A stretch of DNA of 64,000 nt from a virus (lineage: Duplodnaviria > Heunggongvirae > Uroviricota > Caudoviricetes). The DNA is taken from IMG/VR virus record IMGVR_UViG_2703718815_000003. The stretch is one strand, 5' to 3'. Numbering within the stretch: position 1 is the first letter of the stretch; every line of letters begins with the position of its first letter. Position numbers and translations under genes: made by a program. Positions 29,436 through 39,781 of the stretch are shown piece by piece. Below the pieces are notes generated by a model. That model was not told the DNA's origin. It did no database searches and worked only from the letters and a program-made list of their open reading frames with translations.

Positions 29436-31775
29436 TTAATCTTCTAGTTCTTCTGTTGGTGATGTCTTCTCTCGTCGGTCATCTATCGTCTGTAAAGCCG
29501 CAATGATTTCAGCTAGTGGCTTCTCCCGATACATCTCGACGATCTGTGATTTGGTGTATTTCTTGTCACCAATTTCAACTCGCCCGCTGGCGTTCTTTGG
29601 CAGGTATCCTTCTTCCAGCATGTACTCGACGAGCGACTCGATAACGTCGAGGCCACGAGTAGGATCGAAGTAGAATTTCCAGGTGCATTTGCCATACGGT
29701 GGTGCAACTTTGTTTTTGATGCACTCTGCGCCTACGTCCTGACCGATCTTCTCTTTCCCATCCTTCATCACCGATGCACCGAGACGGATGCGCACAGAAG
29801 CGTAAAACTTCGGTGAATCGCCGCCTGGCGACGTAGTAGGGTCGCCAAACATTACACCGATTTTTGTGCGAACCTGATTCAAGAAGATGATGCAGGCGTT
29901 GTATTTGCGTGCCCACAAAGCCAGAGTAGGGAAGTTCGCACTCGTCGCACGAGCCAGTGCCGTATTGTCGTTCATGTTCAGCTGATCTTTGTCTTTGGCA
30001 GTGCCTTCAGCCATCTTTTCGAACTTCTCGGCTTTGGAGTTCGGAACCATAGACGCAAGTGAGTCAGCCACGATACAGATAGGTGCTGATTCAGGAATAA
30101 GCTCTTCATCACGTACCAATTTAAGAATTGTGCCGATCAACTCTACAGAGTCTTCGAAGGTATCAGGCTGCTTGTATACCCACTGACCGTCATCCTCATC
30201 TGCGTTCAGACCATTGGCGACAGCCAGGCCAACGTCAAAACTGTTTTCATGATCGAGGAATACCGCCAGACCATCTTGTTTTTGAGCGGAGATCATCGCT
30301 GCTGTTGCAAGGAATGTGTTGTGGCTGATAATCCCGTTAGACCAGAAAGAGTGTGTTTCCGGCATCGCTACGTCGAACGTTGGTGCTTCACCTTCCTCAA
30401 TAGCCACGACTTCGTCGTAGAACAAGTTAGAGCCAATTACCGCTGCCAGTTGTGCAAACAGATGCTCGTTAAAACGATTCTTTCTGCCAATGAAGGAGAC
30501 ATAGATTTCTCGCAGTTTGTCTATTCCGACACGATCGCCGCGGCCAATAACGTGGTCTACCAGAGCGTAGTCTTCACGGGTGGTCTTGGTGAGCGACTCG
30601 TAGAGTGATTTCACTAAGCCGCTGATGTGCGGAACATAGCCTGAGTAAGTGCGGTCAAAACCAATGTCCCGTTTGGTTGCCACTGATAAACGTGCCGGAG
30701 ATTCGAAACCAATCGTTGACAGAAAAAGGTCGTAATTAGAGCCACTGAATGACAGCCGGTAATATGTATTTTCATAACCCGCGACGTGTTTTTCAGAGAT
30801 AGTTGACGTAATCCCCAGATTCAGGAGCATGAGGCGAATTTGCTGTAGCAGCAGCCCACTCGCGCTCACAACCTCAATGCAGCGACCATCATTGACGTGG
30901 CATTCCAGCTCAAAGTAGCCGCGAAGGAATGCAATTTGAGCCTCGCTATTGGCGCGACGCACACTCAACGGAACCTGCTTGCCAGCAGCTTTCTCATACT
31001 CCAGACCATATTCTTTAAAAAGCAGCGAACGCACCTCTTTGCTAAACAGCACATGGTCTTCCGAGCCGTTATGTTTTCTCGTAACTGGCATCTTGTCTGA
31101 TACCAGCGAAATGAGGCGGTAGTACTCATCCTTGATGAAAGGATCTGTGTTAGAAAAATTCACTGAATTTTCAGAGGCCACGTATCCGTCAGCAATTAAA
31201 TAGCCCATCAGTTTTGCGATATTGGCATCCAGGTGCTGATCGCCGAATTGATGTGTGCCAACCATTGAAGGAATCGTGTCGCCTACACTGATTTTTTCAG
31301 CATGTCGCCAGACGACATTACCTAAGTCGTCAACCACACGGATTGGGTGACGGAACGTAGCCTCGATATAACCGCCTGATGCCAGCTTAATACGCTTGAA
31401 TTTGCGACGGTTGTTCCATGTCAGGTGTGAGGTCTTCTCTATCACGCCATTTTCATTGATGAGTCCAACGTTATGCTCTACATCGCGAGTAGTGCATGTC
31501 GCTTTGTACCCTTCAATCTCAAACAACTCTTTCACTGTTACCATTCCACGCTCCGTCAGCAGCATGGTGTCTGCGGTAACACATTTCCCTGCACTTGGAG
31601 GACCGAATACTTCGACGATACGACCACATGGGAAGCCGCCATCGTAACGACCGGAAATAGCTTTGTTTAACGGTGGAAAGCCTGTATCAATCCAATGAGT
31701 TACTTTCTGAATTTCGTCGTTGCTACCGATTTTCTTTTTCAGAGCAAGTGCCAGTGCGGATTTTCCTTTTGCCAT
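29436..31775 (-). CDS. RecA-like recombinase interrupted by an intein
   Basis: extein: Walker A GPPSAGK|T split by insert, plus NQVRTKIGVMFGDPTTSPGGDSPKFYASVR RecA core; extein about 357 aa. Confidence 0.8.
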   Translation of the reverse strand: MAKGKSALALALKKKIGSNDEIQKVTHWIDTGFPPLNKAISGRYDGGFPCGRIVEVFGPPSAGKCVTADTMLLTERGMVTVKELFEIEGYKATCTTRDVEHNVGLINENGVIEKTSHLTWNNRRKFKRIKLASGGYIEATFRHPIRVVDDLGNVVWRHAEKISVGDTIPSMVGTHQFGDQHLDANIAKLMGYLIADGYVASENSVNFSNTDPFIKDEYYRLISLVSDKMPVTRKHNGSEDHVLFSKEVRSLLFKEYGLEYEKAAGKQVPLSVRRANSEAQIAFLRGYFELECHVNDGRCIEVVSASGLLLQQIRLMLLNLGITSTISEKHVAGYENTYYRLSFSGSNYDLFLSTIGFESPARLSVATKRDIGFDRTYSGYVPHISGLVKSLYESLTKTTREDYALVDHVIGRGDRVGIDKLREIYVSFIGRKNRFNEHLFAQLAAVIGSNLFYDEVVAIEEGEAPTFDVAMPETHSFWSNGIISHNTFLATAAMISAQKQDGLAVFLDHENSFDVGLAVANGLNADEDDGQWVYKQPDTFEDSVELIGTILKLVRDEELIPESAPICIVADSLASMVPNSKAEKFEKMAEGTAKDKDQLNMNDNTALARATSANFPTLALWARKYNACIIFLNQVRTKIGVMFGDPTTSPGGDSPKFYASVRIRLGASVMKDGKEKIGQDVGAECIKNKVAPPYGKCTWKFYFDPTRGLDVIESLVEYMLEEGYLPKNASGRVEIGDKKYTKSQIVEMYREKPLAEIIAALQTIDDRREKTSPTEELED
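30318..31583 (-). mobile_element. intein with LAGLIDADG homing-endonuclease domain inside the recombinase P-loop
   Basis: begins with Cys after GPPSAGK, block B TFRHP, LAGLIDADG-like LMGYLIADGY and LRGYFELE, ends ...IISHN followed by Thr (+1 nucleophile). Confidence 0.7.
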
Positions 31776-31777
31776 GA

Positions 31778-32050
31778 TCAGGCTCCTTTTGTTTCGTTGA
31801 TTCGTTTTAAAGCGGCGGATTCATCGAATACAATCGCATCGTGGTTAAGGAGTCTGGATACACGAGCGAGGATTTTTACGACCTGCTCGCTGACTAATCC
31901 AAACTCGCGATCTGTCGCTTTCATTCCGGCAGCGCCTAGAATTGACGGCAGTGCGATGACAGCGTACTCACCGTGATAAAAGACAATCTCTTTTGCCAGT
32001 TGGGTGGGGGTGGTTGTAGCGCCATTAATAATCGATTTAAGCATTAGCAA
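31778..32050 (-). CDS. hypothetical protein
   Basis: 90-aa ORF. Confidence 0.3.
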   Translation of the reverse strand: MLMLKSIINGATTTPTQLAKEIVFYHGEYAVIALPSILGAAGMKATDREFGLVSEQVVKILARVSRLLNHDAIVFDESAALKRINETKGA

Positions 32051-32988
32051 TACCTTTCGAATGGAAGAACAAACACTTCAAGGTCTTCAAGGAACGAACG
32101 GAAATTCAGCTCGTAGCACAGTTGCTCGAATGCTTTCACGTCACGATTGCCTTTGATTGTTTCGATTTCGGTAGGCGGAAACTTCGTCTCAATCAGGTTC
32201 ATTAGCGTGATGTTTCTCTTGAACGCTTCGAGCATTCGACAGCCTGTTTTCTCGTTGAAGGCATTCTTCGCTAGTTTGTTGAAGGCGGTCTTATGACGTC
32301 CTTTGTCAACCACGATTGAGCCGTCGTTGATGCCGCGTACCATCGTTGCGACACTTCCCCATTCATGCAGCAGCTCTTTCGCACCGCCAGCACCAATGCC
32401 ACCAACACCGCTAATGTTGTCCGATTTATCGCCTTGTAATGCTTTTGCTTCCAAAAATGCGCGAGGAGTAGCGAATCCTGTCAGCTCCGCAAATTGCTCA
32501 AAATTAACCTGCTTGTTTTTGGCGTCTTCACGCAGGCTTACCCAGCTTACGTTTTCACGAACTAACTGAAGCCAGTCGCTATCGCCTGTTAACAGATAGA
32601 TGTGTTCAACGGTTGGCTGCGGTGCCATGCGGGATACCAGCAGCCCGGCCAGATCATCCGCTTCTGCATCTTTTGCAATGAGTTGGGTAACTCCAAGCGC
32701 GGTCATCATTTTGAGGATGTATGGCTTCTGGATAGCAAAGCCTTCCTTCATCTTTTTCATATCAGGATCGTCGTCGCGATTTGCTTTGTAGTCCGGGTAA
32801 AAGTCGCGACGCTTGTCACTAAATCCATCCCAAAGAATCATAGGCCGGGCATGGAGGATGGAGGCATAACGACGGACGTTCTTAACAAAGCCGAAAGCAG
32901 CCTGTACTTCCATTTCGCCGTTGTGCAATTTGTCAGATTGTTGGTGGTAATAGCCCAGGCTATTGCCATCTACGAAGAGATAATTCAC
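32044..32988 (-). CDS. 5'-3' exonuclease / flap endonuclease
   Basis: LFVDGNSLGYY, AKDAEADD, LLTGDSDWLQL, QGDKSDNISGVGGIG motifs; start moved to GTG 32988 with GGAAGGA RBS because the longer ORF would include the upstream terminator hairpin. Confidence 0.8.
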   Translation of the reverse strand: MNYLFVDGNSLGYYHQQSDKLHNGEMEVQAAFGFVKNVRRYASILHARPMILWDGFSDKRRDFYPDYKANRDDDPDMKKMKEGFAIQKPYILKMMTALGVTQLIAKDAEADDLAGLLVSRMAPQPTVEHIYLLTGDSDWLQLVRENVSWVSLREDAKNKQVNFEQFAELTGFATPRAFLEAKALQGDKSDNISGVGGIGAGGAKELLHEWGSVATMVRGINDGSIVVDKGRHKTAFNKLAKNAFNEKTGCRMLEAFKRNITLMNLIETKFPPTEIETIKGNRDVKAFEQLCYELNFRSFLEDLEVFVLPFERYC

Positions 32989-33004
32989 CGGTACATTCCT
33001 TCCA

Positions 33005-33035
33005 AAAAGTAAGGCGTCCGTAGACGCCTTACTGG
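33005..33035 (-). terminator. intrinsic terminator
   Basis: taaggcgtc-cgta-gacgcctta hairpin with T-run on minus strand. Confidence 0.55.
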
Positions 33036-33048
33036 TCACGTAATGGGA

Positions 33049-34077
33049 TTACAGAGAGTCCAGCTCTCTCAGTAGGTCATCCAGACCTTCATCTTCCGTC
33101 GCAGATGCGGTTGCTACAGATGTCGCTGCGACTGCTTCAGACTCTTTGACTGATACGGCAACGGCAGCGGAACTTGCCTCTGGTTTAAATTCAGTTTCAA
33201 CGGCACGGAGGATTTCTTCATCAACCAGACTGGTTGGTTCAGAAGCCGGTGTGTGCGCGGTTGCTACAGCCGTCGCTCCTTCTGTATGACCAGTGACAGA
33301 GCCAAATCCAGGTAGTGCCGCAGCCGATGTTTTCGCGGTTGAGGAAATTGCTGGTGCAGATGCTGCGGCAGTTGGTGCAGCGATGCCAATCAGACGACCC
33401 ATAGTGCGAACTGTCGACAGAAGACGAGTTTCATCAGCCTGATTTGCGTATGCGATCAGATCATGCTGGGTGTTCCAGAATTTATCTTCGATATCGCCTT
33501 TGTAGACTTTACGCTTAGGCGAGACGTCATATTTGGTATCGCGACCAGAGCCAGTACGTTTAATCAGGAATGCGTAGCCTTCCTCTTTGCTCAGTGGATT
33601 GCCGATATCATCAGCGATGTCTTCGGTGATTGCTTTGCAGATATCATCGAATACAGTAGACGGCAGCTCGATTAATTGGCATTTCTCAGCATCTGCGAAA
33701 TCCTCACGAGCTGAAAGAATGCCGTTGACCAGGTAGCGAGGAGTGGCACGCATTTGACCGATGCGTTCTTCCATTGCTTTGTTACCCTTGTGACGAGCGC
33801 GACCTTCCATCACCATTTCGCATAGCTGACAAGCGCGACCGTGAGTATGTTGCTCACAAATATAAGCGTTGGTTGCTTCTTTACCGTCCTCGTTCTGATA
33901 CTTAACGTAGTGCATACCGAAAGTCTGGAAGAACTTACCGTTTGGGTCGTCCTTATTCGGGAAGATACGGATATAGTTGACGCCATCTTTTAAGCGAGTC
34001 AGATCAACGTTGTTACCACGTTTGGCGGCAATGTCTTCACGAGTTTTGTTAAGCAAATCAAGTAATGTCTTAGACAT
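33049..34077 (-). CDS. single-stranded DNA-binding protein (tentative)
   Basis: Cys/His cluster (CEQHTHGRACQLC), Ala/Ser/Thr-rich linker and acidic C-terminal tail DEGLDDLLRELDSL. Confidence 0.5.
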   Translation of the reverse strand: MSKTLLDLLNKTREDIAAKRGNNVDLTRLKDGVNYIRIFPNKDDPNGKFFQTFGMHYVKYQNEDGKEATNAYICEQHTHGRACQLCEMVMEGRARHKGNKAMEERIGQMRATPRYLVNGILSAREDFADAEKCQLIELPSTVFDDICKAITEDIADDIGNPLSKEEGYAFLIKRTGSGRDTKYDVSPKRKVYKGDIEDKFWNTQHDLIAYANQADETRLLSTVRTMGRLIGIAAPTAAASAPAISSTAKTSAAALPGFGSVTGHTEGATAVATAHTPASEPTSLVDEEILRAVETEFKPEASSAAVAVSVKESEAVAATSVATASATEDEGLDDLLRELDSL

Positions 34078-34194
34078 GTGTTTCTCCTTGTTGTGATTTG
34101 GCCGATGGCGCTATGCGCGTTGGGCTTTCGTTCATTCGTGGCTCTTTCGAGCTGTTCAATGATAGATCAGTACTTACTTATTATCTATCAAAAA

Positions 34195-34626
34195 TCAACG
34201 GGGAGTAATAAAGCGTTCGGAGCCTAATCGCTCCAATTCAACAATGGCCATCTTCGACGCCTGAACGATCATGTCTCGGCGATGCGAAAAGGCGGCGACA
34301 GCATGTTTGTATATGTCTGCGATGTGCCGTGCTTCATCCAACTTCTGCCGTTTAGACAGATACTGTGGGTTTGTTTTAACCTTAGCGTCCAGTACAGATT
34401 CGTTGAACTTAATGCCGTTCATACTCAAGTTCTTACGCTCTGTGTCGTATAGCTTTGCTTCAACAGCTTCAAGGTTAAGTTTTGCCTCTGCGACACTTCT
34501 TTCTGCATGAGCGAGTTTTGAGCCATATTCCATCAACAGGCGGGGTTGTCTACGCCAGACTTCTTCCAGATTGTCTCGGTCAAACTCGAGATCAGACATT
34601 ATTTTCTCGTAAATATCGGTGATCAT
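34195..34626 (-). CDS. hypothetical protein
   Basis: 143-aa ORF. Confidence 0.4.
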   Translation of the reverse strand: MITDIYEKIMSDLEFDRDNLEEVWRRQPRLLMEYGSKLAHAERSVAEAKLNLEAVEAKLYDTERKNLSMNGIKFNESVLDAKVKTNPQYLSKRQKLDEARHIADIYKHAVAAFSHRRDMIVQASKMAIVELERLGSERFITPR

Positions 34627-34713
34627 GTGCTTTCCTTTTTACTTATCATCTTATATTGATTATATCATTGTGATGATAAGGCAAGGAGTTCGAGGATAGG
34701 GGATATGAGGGGA

Positions 34714-34743
34714 TAAGAGAAAACATGGCCATAGAGGCCATGT
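34714..34743 (-). terminator. intrinsic terminator
   Basis: acatggcc-ataga-ggccatgt hairpin followed on minus strand by TTTTCTCTTAT. Confidence 0.6.
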
Positions 34744-34751
34744 TTATTGGA

Positions 34752-37700
34752 TCACGACTTAATAGTTTCTGCTACGTCGGCTAATATCGCTTCTAGTCGT
34801 TCTCCCTCTTCAGGTCTGAAGTAAAGAATGTTGGGGTTAAACCCGTAAAAGACTGTAACGTCAAGGTCTGGAAGATACTCCTTCCTACCGACTAAATCGG
34901 ATGGCTTGTTTTTGTTGTTAAACAATGCCGTTGCCCGACTGCCACACGTCAGCACATAGGTCGGACGTACCAGATTGATCTCTTCACGCATAAAGTCGGT
35001 GAACTGGCCGATCTCGTCTTTGGTGTAGTCCTTTTCTTTGTCTTTCACCTTTTTGCAAACGCCTGTGACATAGAGATCGCCCATGCGCAAATCTCCAGCC
35101 GTCAACAGCTTGGCCTTAAAATCGTCGTATCCGTTCTCCATGAAGTAACCGGTTCGAGCATCATTGCCGTTTGCATTGTCCAGAATGATCATGATTTTCG
35201 GCTTAATACCAATGCTGGGGCGGATTAGTTCATCACCTAAGCCCATTTCAGCCGCCATCCGTGTCATGAGTGCGTTAATTTCAGCCGATCGTTTGGGGTT
35301 CATCTCAAACGGACGTGAGGCTTTAACTGCGTCTATGACAAGGTTTCCCATCAATTCTGCCTGGTCGCGGAGACGCTCTGGATCAGTTGCTGGCAGACTG
35401 CCAGGCTCGATGGCTGCAAATGCCCCTACTTTTTGCAGCGATTCGCGAACTCGACTATTACAGGCACGTTTCTCGACAGCTTCTTCGAATTGCGCAAGTG
35501 ACTCGAATTTGCCGCCAACCTTTTCTCGCGCTCTCATGATGGCCTGGCAGCCATTCTCAGAACACCCCTTCACAGCAGAGAAGGGCGCATACAGCACCTG
35601 GCTGCCATCTTCAAGCGTGCGGATCTCGATTCGGTTTGATGACACGTTAACGTCTGGTGGCAATACGCGAATACCATAGGTCAGCGCATCTTTAACCAGC
35701 CCCTGGTGTTTATCTTCGCCAAGAATAGTGAGAGCAGCAGCGAAAAACTCTGCGGGGTAATGAGTTTTCAACCACATAGATTGATAACTGATTAAGGAGT
35801 AAGCAACAGAGTGTGATTTGTTGAACTGGTAGGCACCATTTTTTTCGAATGCGGTCCAGATCTCCTTCGCTTTCATCTCTGATAGCCCTGGATGTGACGC
35901 TGTAACACGTACTGCGTTTATAGGTAGTGTTGCTCCGTGCTCAAGTGCCTCTTCGACAGTTTTCAGAGTTCCGTCTTCGCATTTAAAATGTTCCGCACGG
36001 TGAATGCGCTGCGTAGTGCCATCTTCCAGTTCAACGTCTATCCAGCCAGCTTGAGCCTGAACGATGAACTTCTCGCCCATGCTCTTCATTTTTTCCATGT
36101 CCTTTTTGCCGATCGCTTTACGAACACCGTCAGCTTCAGCCATTGTGAAGCCAGCAAGCAATCGAGTCGCGTTCATCGTCTGTTCCTGATAGAGAATCAC
36201 GCCATTTGTTTCTGCGGTAAGTTCATCAAGAACGGGGTGTAATGATTCCGGCGTCATAAAGCCTTTGGCGACAGAAACATAATCATCCAACATGCCTGAC
36301 TGAATTGGTCCCGGCCGGAAGAGCGCAGTCGTAGCAACAACCGTTTTAAAGCTCATTGGCTCAATTCCACCACCTAAATCTTTAAGCAGCTTGCGCATTG
36401 GGCCTGATTCAAGCTGGAAAACACCTTGAGTGTACCCAGCAGCAAAACCATCCAGCACCTTGCGATCTTCAAGAGAAATGGCATCAAGATTGATATCTTC
36501 ACCTGTGTTCTCTTTTATGTAGCGTTTTGCACTATCGAGCAAATCGAGAGTTGCCAGACCGAGTACGTCCAGCTTAATTAGGCCCATAGCCTCGCAGTAA
36601 CGCTTGTCAAATGCGATACAACGCGCGTCACCACGGCGTTCAACCGGTGTACGTTCTGTCAGAGGAACACCTGCTACGATCATCCCTGCCGCATGTCTAC
36701 CAAAGCCACGCATAAGGCTTTGTAACTTGCAGGCTGCATTGAATGCATCAGGATATTTTGTTGCGTATTTGTCGAGACTTGCCAGTTGTTCGCGCAGTTC
36801 TTCCAATGGAAGGCTATCATCCTCGACGTTCTTCAGTTCTTTTGATACCGCCATATCTGCGGACTCCACACCATAAATACGAGCGGTGTCACGTAGTGCA
36901 GAGGCTGCGCCCAGATATGTGAAGTTCGGAATACCCGCAACGTAATCTTCGCCGTAGCGTTCATTCAGATACTCGATCACTTCATGGCGACGTGCCTGGC
37001 TGAAGTCCAAATCCGCATCCGGCAAGTCGAGACGCTCAGGGTTGATGAAACGTTCAAACAGAAGACCGTGACGGATTGGGTCGACGTTGGTTATGCCTAT
37101 GCACCATGCCACCAAAGAGCCAGCAGAGGAACCACGACCAGGCCCAACGGGAATGCCAGTTTCACGACTATGATTCATCAGATCGCGCACCATCAGGAAG
37201 TAACCACAGAATCCCAGGCGAGTCAGCGTGTCCATTTCGTACTTTAGCCGCTCAACATAAACCCTGTTCTCAGAAGCCGGTGGTGTGTAGCCAAACTCTT
37301 TTGTGGTAAGACGTTTACGCAGCCCAGCAACGGCCAGTTTCATCAGAGTTGCAGGCTCGTCGTCTGCCATCTTTGGCAGTGCTGGTGGCAATTCATGCCA
37401 GCGCCATGTGCAGGCATCGATAATGGTATCCTGCGTTGTTGAGGCCATTGCAGCTGTTACCGGCACATCCATGCGAACGGAGAAGGCTTTAAGCGCCTCA
37501 AGGAGATGGCGGCGACCATTGACGGCGTTATCTCGCTGGTGGGGGATACGCAGACGATGCGGCTGGTCGATTTTGATGTTGTTCGTAACCATGTGCGCAA
37601 TGTCTTTAATGTCTGCATCGTCGATCGATTCGTAATAAGCGGGATAGAACGCCACTGGCTCTATTTTCAATGCGCTGGCGACTTTCATCGCCCGGACGTT

Positions 37701-38270
37701 AATCTGGTCGTAGAATGGGGTAGGATGCGGATAAACCACACTATAGAAGTTGTCTTTTCCACCCGCTGTAATCAGTGTGCTTATAATTTTTGCAAAATCG
37801 TTGCGTTGGAACACGCTACCGATGTCGGAAGTAAGCAGGATGATGTTGCCTTTGGCATATGTAGAAACCAACTGTTCGAGCGAGAGACGCGGTACAAAGT
37901 AGAACTGTTCTCGTGTGTTGGCCGCCGTCATTAGTTCGCAGATGTCGCGATATCCTTGCTCATTTTTAATTAGAGCGGTAAACGAGTAGTTACGTCCCCG
38001 CTCTAATGATTCCATACATCTCATAGATTCTTTAGCAAGTTTAGCCCGGTGCTCGTATGTGGGATCATCAACAATGTTTAGTTTCACACCACAAATAACC
38101 GCCATGTCGTCACCAGCGGCACGTTGTAGTGGAATAACACTTGCAATATTCATGCTATCTGCTGAAATTACAGCGGTGTAGCCAGCTTCTCTGGCAATCT
38201 TCACCGCGTTTTCTGCTTTTAGAGCCGACTCCCCAAGTGAGAAGTCAGTTCGAACCATCAGTGCCTTCAT
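34752..38270 (-). CDS. dnaE: DNA polymerase III alpha-type (DnaE-like) replicative polymerase
   Basis: 1172 aa; N-terminal PHP-like domain; GPGRGSSAGSLVAWCIGITNVDPIRHGLLFERFINPER core motif. Confidence 0.85.
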   Translation of the reverse strand: MKALMVRTDFSLGESALKAENAVKIAREAGYTAVISADSMNIASVIPLQRAAGDDMAVICGVKLNIVDDPTYEHRAKLAKESMRCMESLERGRNYSFTALIKNEQGYRDICELMTAANTREQFYFVPRLSLEQLVSTYAKGNIILLTSDIGSVFQRNDFAKIISTLITAGGKDNFYSVVYPHPTPFYDQINVRAMKVASALKIEPVAFYPAYYESIDDADIKDIAHMVTNNIKIDQPHRLRIPHQRDNAVNGRRHLLEALKAFSVRMDVPVTAAMASTTQDTIIDACTWRWHELPPALPKMADDEPATLMKLAVAGLRKRLTTKEFGYTPPASENRVYVERLKYEMDTLTRLGFCGYFLMVRDLMNHSRETGIPVGPGRGSSAGSLVAWCIGITNVDPIRHGLLFERFINPERLDLPDADLDFSQARRHEVIEYLNERYGEDYVAGIPNFTYLGAASALRDTARIYGVESADMAVSKELKNVEDDSLPLEELREQLASLDKYATKYPDAFNAACKLQSLMRGFGRHAAGMIVAGVPLTERTPVERRGDARCIAFDKRYCEAMGLIKLDVLGLATLDLLDSAKRYIKENTGEDINLDAISLEDRKVLDGFAAGYTQGVFQLESGPMRKLLKDLGGGIEPMSFKTVVATTALFRPGPIQSGMLDDYVSVAKGFMTPESLHPVLDELTAETNGVILYQEQTMNATRLLAGFTMAEADGVRKAIGKKDMEKMKSMGEKFIVQAQAGWIDVELEDGTTQRIHRAEHFKCEDGTLKTVEEALEHGATLPINAVRVTASHPGLSEMKAKEIWTAFEKNGAYQFNKSHSVAYSLISYQSMWLKTHYPAEFFAAALTILGEDKHQGLVKDALTYGIRVLPPDVNVSSNRIEIRTLEDGSQVLYAPFSAVKGCSENGCQAIMRAREKVGGKFESLAQFEEAVEKRACNSRVRESLQKVGAFAAIEPGSLPATDPERLRDQAELMGNLVIDAVKASRPFEMNPKRSAEINALMTRMAAEMGLGDELIRPSIGIKPKIMIILDNANGNDARTGYFMENGYDDFKAKLLTAGDLRMGDLYVTGVCKKVKDKEKDYTKDEIGQFTDFMREEINLVRPTYVLTCGSRATALFNNKNKPSDLVGRKEYLPDLDVTVFYGFNPNILYFRPEEGERLEAILADVAETIKS

Positions 38271-38450
38271 GTGTTTTTACCTTTCTGGTTTTTTTGATTT
38301 TGTCATTGGGGAAGCCTACGAACTTCCCATACATCGAAATCGCAACTTCTTTTGCTGATTGGTGACAATCGGGCTTGTCTGGACACCCCAGACAAGTCTT
38401 GCCAGTTTCAGAAGCAGCGATAAGAGAGCCGAAACATCCTTTACGCACGA

Positions 38451-39686
38451 TTAACCAAATATTTTTTGAACAACTTCACGAGCCGCTTGCGCAGAAGCTG
38501 AAGGGAGTTTGTTAATGAAAGAACGCTCAATACCTGTCACAAAGTCGCCTCGCATCATTCCAATCTTGGCCGACAACAAAAGCTCACGAGGCCCAATTGG
38601 CTGGCTGATAAGGTGTTCTTCATATCCATCGCGAACGATACCGGCAAACTTAACCATCTTTTCAGCGTATTCATCCACGATGCCGGCATTTATCAACATG
38701 TTGATCTCTGCCTCTTTGCTCATGTATTTCACATTCGAAACGATGCCAAAACGTGAAAAGTTCGCGGCGTTCTGGATGTTTGTACCCTGGTACAAGCCGG
38801 TTTCATCACCAGAACCGTTTGTGTTGCCAGTGCCAATGAAAGCAAACCGTTCATGCGGAGTAATGCGACGCCATTCTGGAGTCGCCTCTTTGATGACCAA
38901 CGCTTCACCTTCCAGCACTGGCTGATACACGCCAAGAATCTGTGGAAACGCAAAGTCGTATTCATCCGCGAGGTAAACCCAGCCATGCTTCATTGCGAGC
39001 GCAAGCAAGCCAGGCTCGAAATACGTAGAGCCATCACGCGCCAGAATTTGTCCCGTAACATGAGCCTCTTCCATTGATGCTGTATGTTGGGCACGGATTA
39101 ACGGACGATTGAGCAAAGCACATAGTTGTGTAGGCAATGAAGATTTGCCTGTTCCTGCATGACCCCACAAATAGCCAGGTATGCCAAGTTCAAGCATCAT
39201 GAAAATGTCTTTGATCAGTTCGAAGTCGCCATATACGTATCCCTTCTTCACTTCTGGAACGAACTCTGGAAACGGCGTATTGACGTTGACGCTAACCATG
39301 AGCGGCGTCCCACGTTTTGTTCCGAGTTCTTTCACCGTTACATTTAGCAGTTCGTGAGCTGCGACCAGATCTGTCTTGTACTCAACTGTGCCTGTGTAGC
39401 CTGGGCTACTGGTCACGCCAGATGATTTGGCCATTTCGCTTTTTTGCTCGGCACGTTTAGCTTGAATTGCATCAAGTGCCTTTTTCGATAGCGTTGGCTC
39501 ATCTGGAAACTGTGTTGTGTACATTTTCAGTACGGTGTCAGGATCGGCATCTTTTACTGACTCAGGAATGCCCTCGCAATTACCATTGGCTACATGGGAC
39601 TTAAAATAGTGAAATGATTTTCCGCACCACTTGCAAACAAGGTAATCAGAAGGATTTTTTTCATTTTGCAGTGCAGTAGTAGTCAT
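38451..39686 (-). CDS. AAA+ ATPase, CobS/MoxR-like
   Basis: Walker A GHAGTGKSS, Walker B VYLADEYDF. Confidence 0.7.
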   Translation of the reverse strand: MTTTALQNEKNPSDYLVCKWCGKSFHYFKSHVANGNCEGIPESVKDADPDTVLKMYTTQFPDEPTLSKKALDAIQAKRAEQKSEMAKSSGVTSSPGYTGTVEYKTDLVAAHELLNVTVKELGTKRGTPLMVSVNVNTPFPEFVPEVKKGYVYGDFELIKDIFMMLELGIPGYLWGHAGTGKSSLPTQLCALLNRPLIRAQHTASMEEAHVTGQILARDGSTYFEPGLLALAMKHGWVYLADEYDFAFPQILGVYQPVLEGEALVIKEATPEWRRITPHERFAFIGTGNTNGSGDETGLYQGTNIQNAANFSRFGIVSNVKYMSKEAEINMLINAGIVDEYAEKMVKFAGIVRDGYEEHLISQPIGPRELLLSAKIGMMRGDFVTGIERSFINKLPSASAQAAREVVQKIFG

Positions 39687-39781
39687 GCGTTTTTCCTTTG
39701 TTTTCTAATGAGCGTTCAACTTCTTATATAAATATATCATTATCTATCGTAAGTGGTTACTTATCGTTAAGGCTGTTTTGT

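Noticed and set aside
32989-33039. Upstream start (33039) for the flap endonuclease
   Set aside because: That extension is encoded by the terminator hairpin of the preceding gene; GTG at 32988 with a GGAAGGA RBS begins right at the conserved LFVDG motif.
35164-35679. 171-aa plus-strand ORF inside dnaE
   Set aside because: Antisense to a well-supported polymerase gene; Ser/Ala/Arg-rich translation typical of a reverse-strand artefact.
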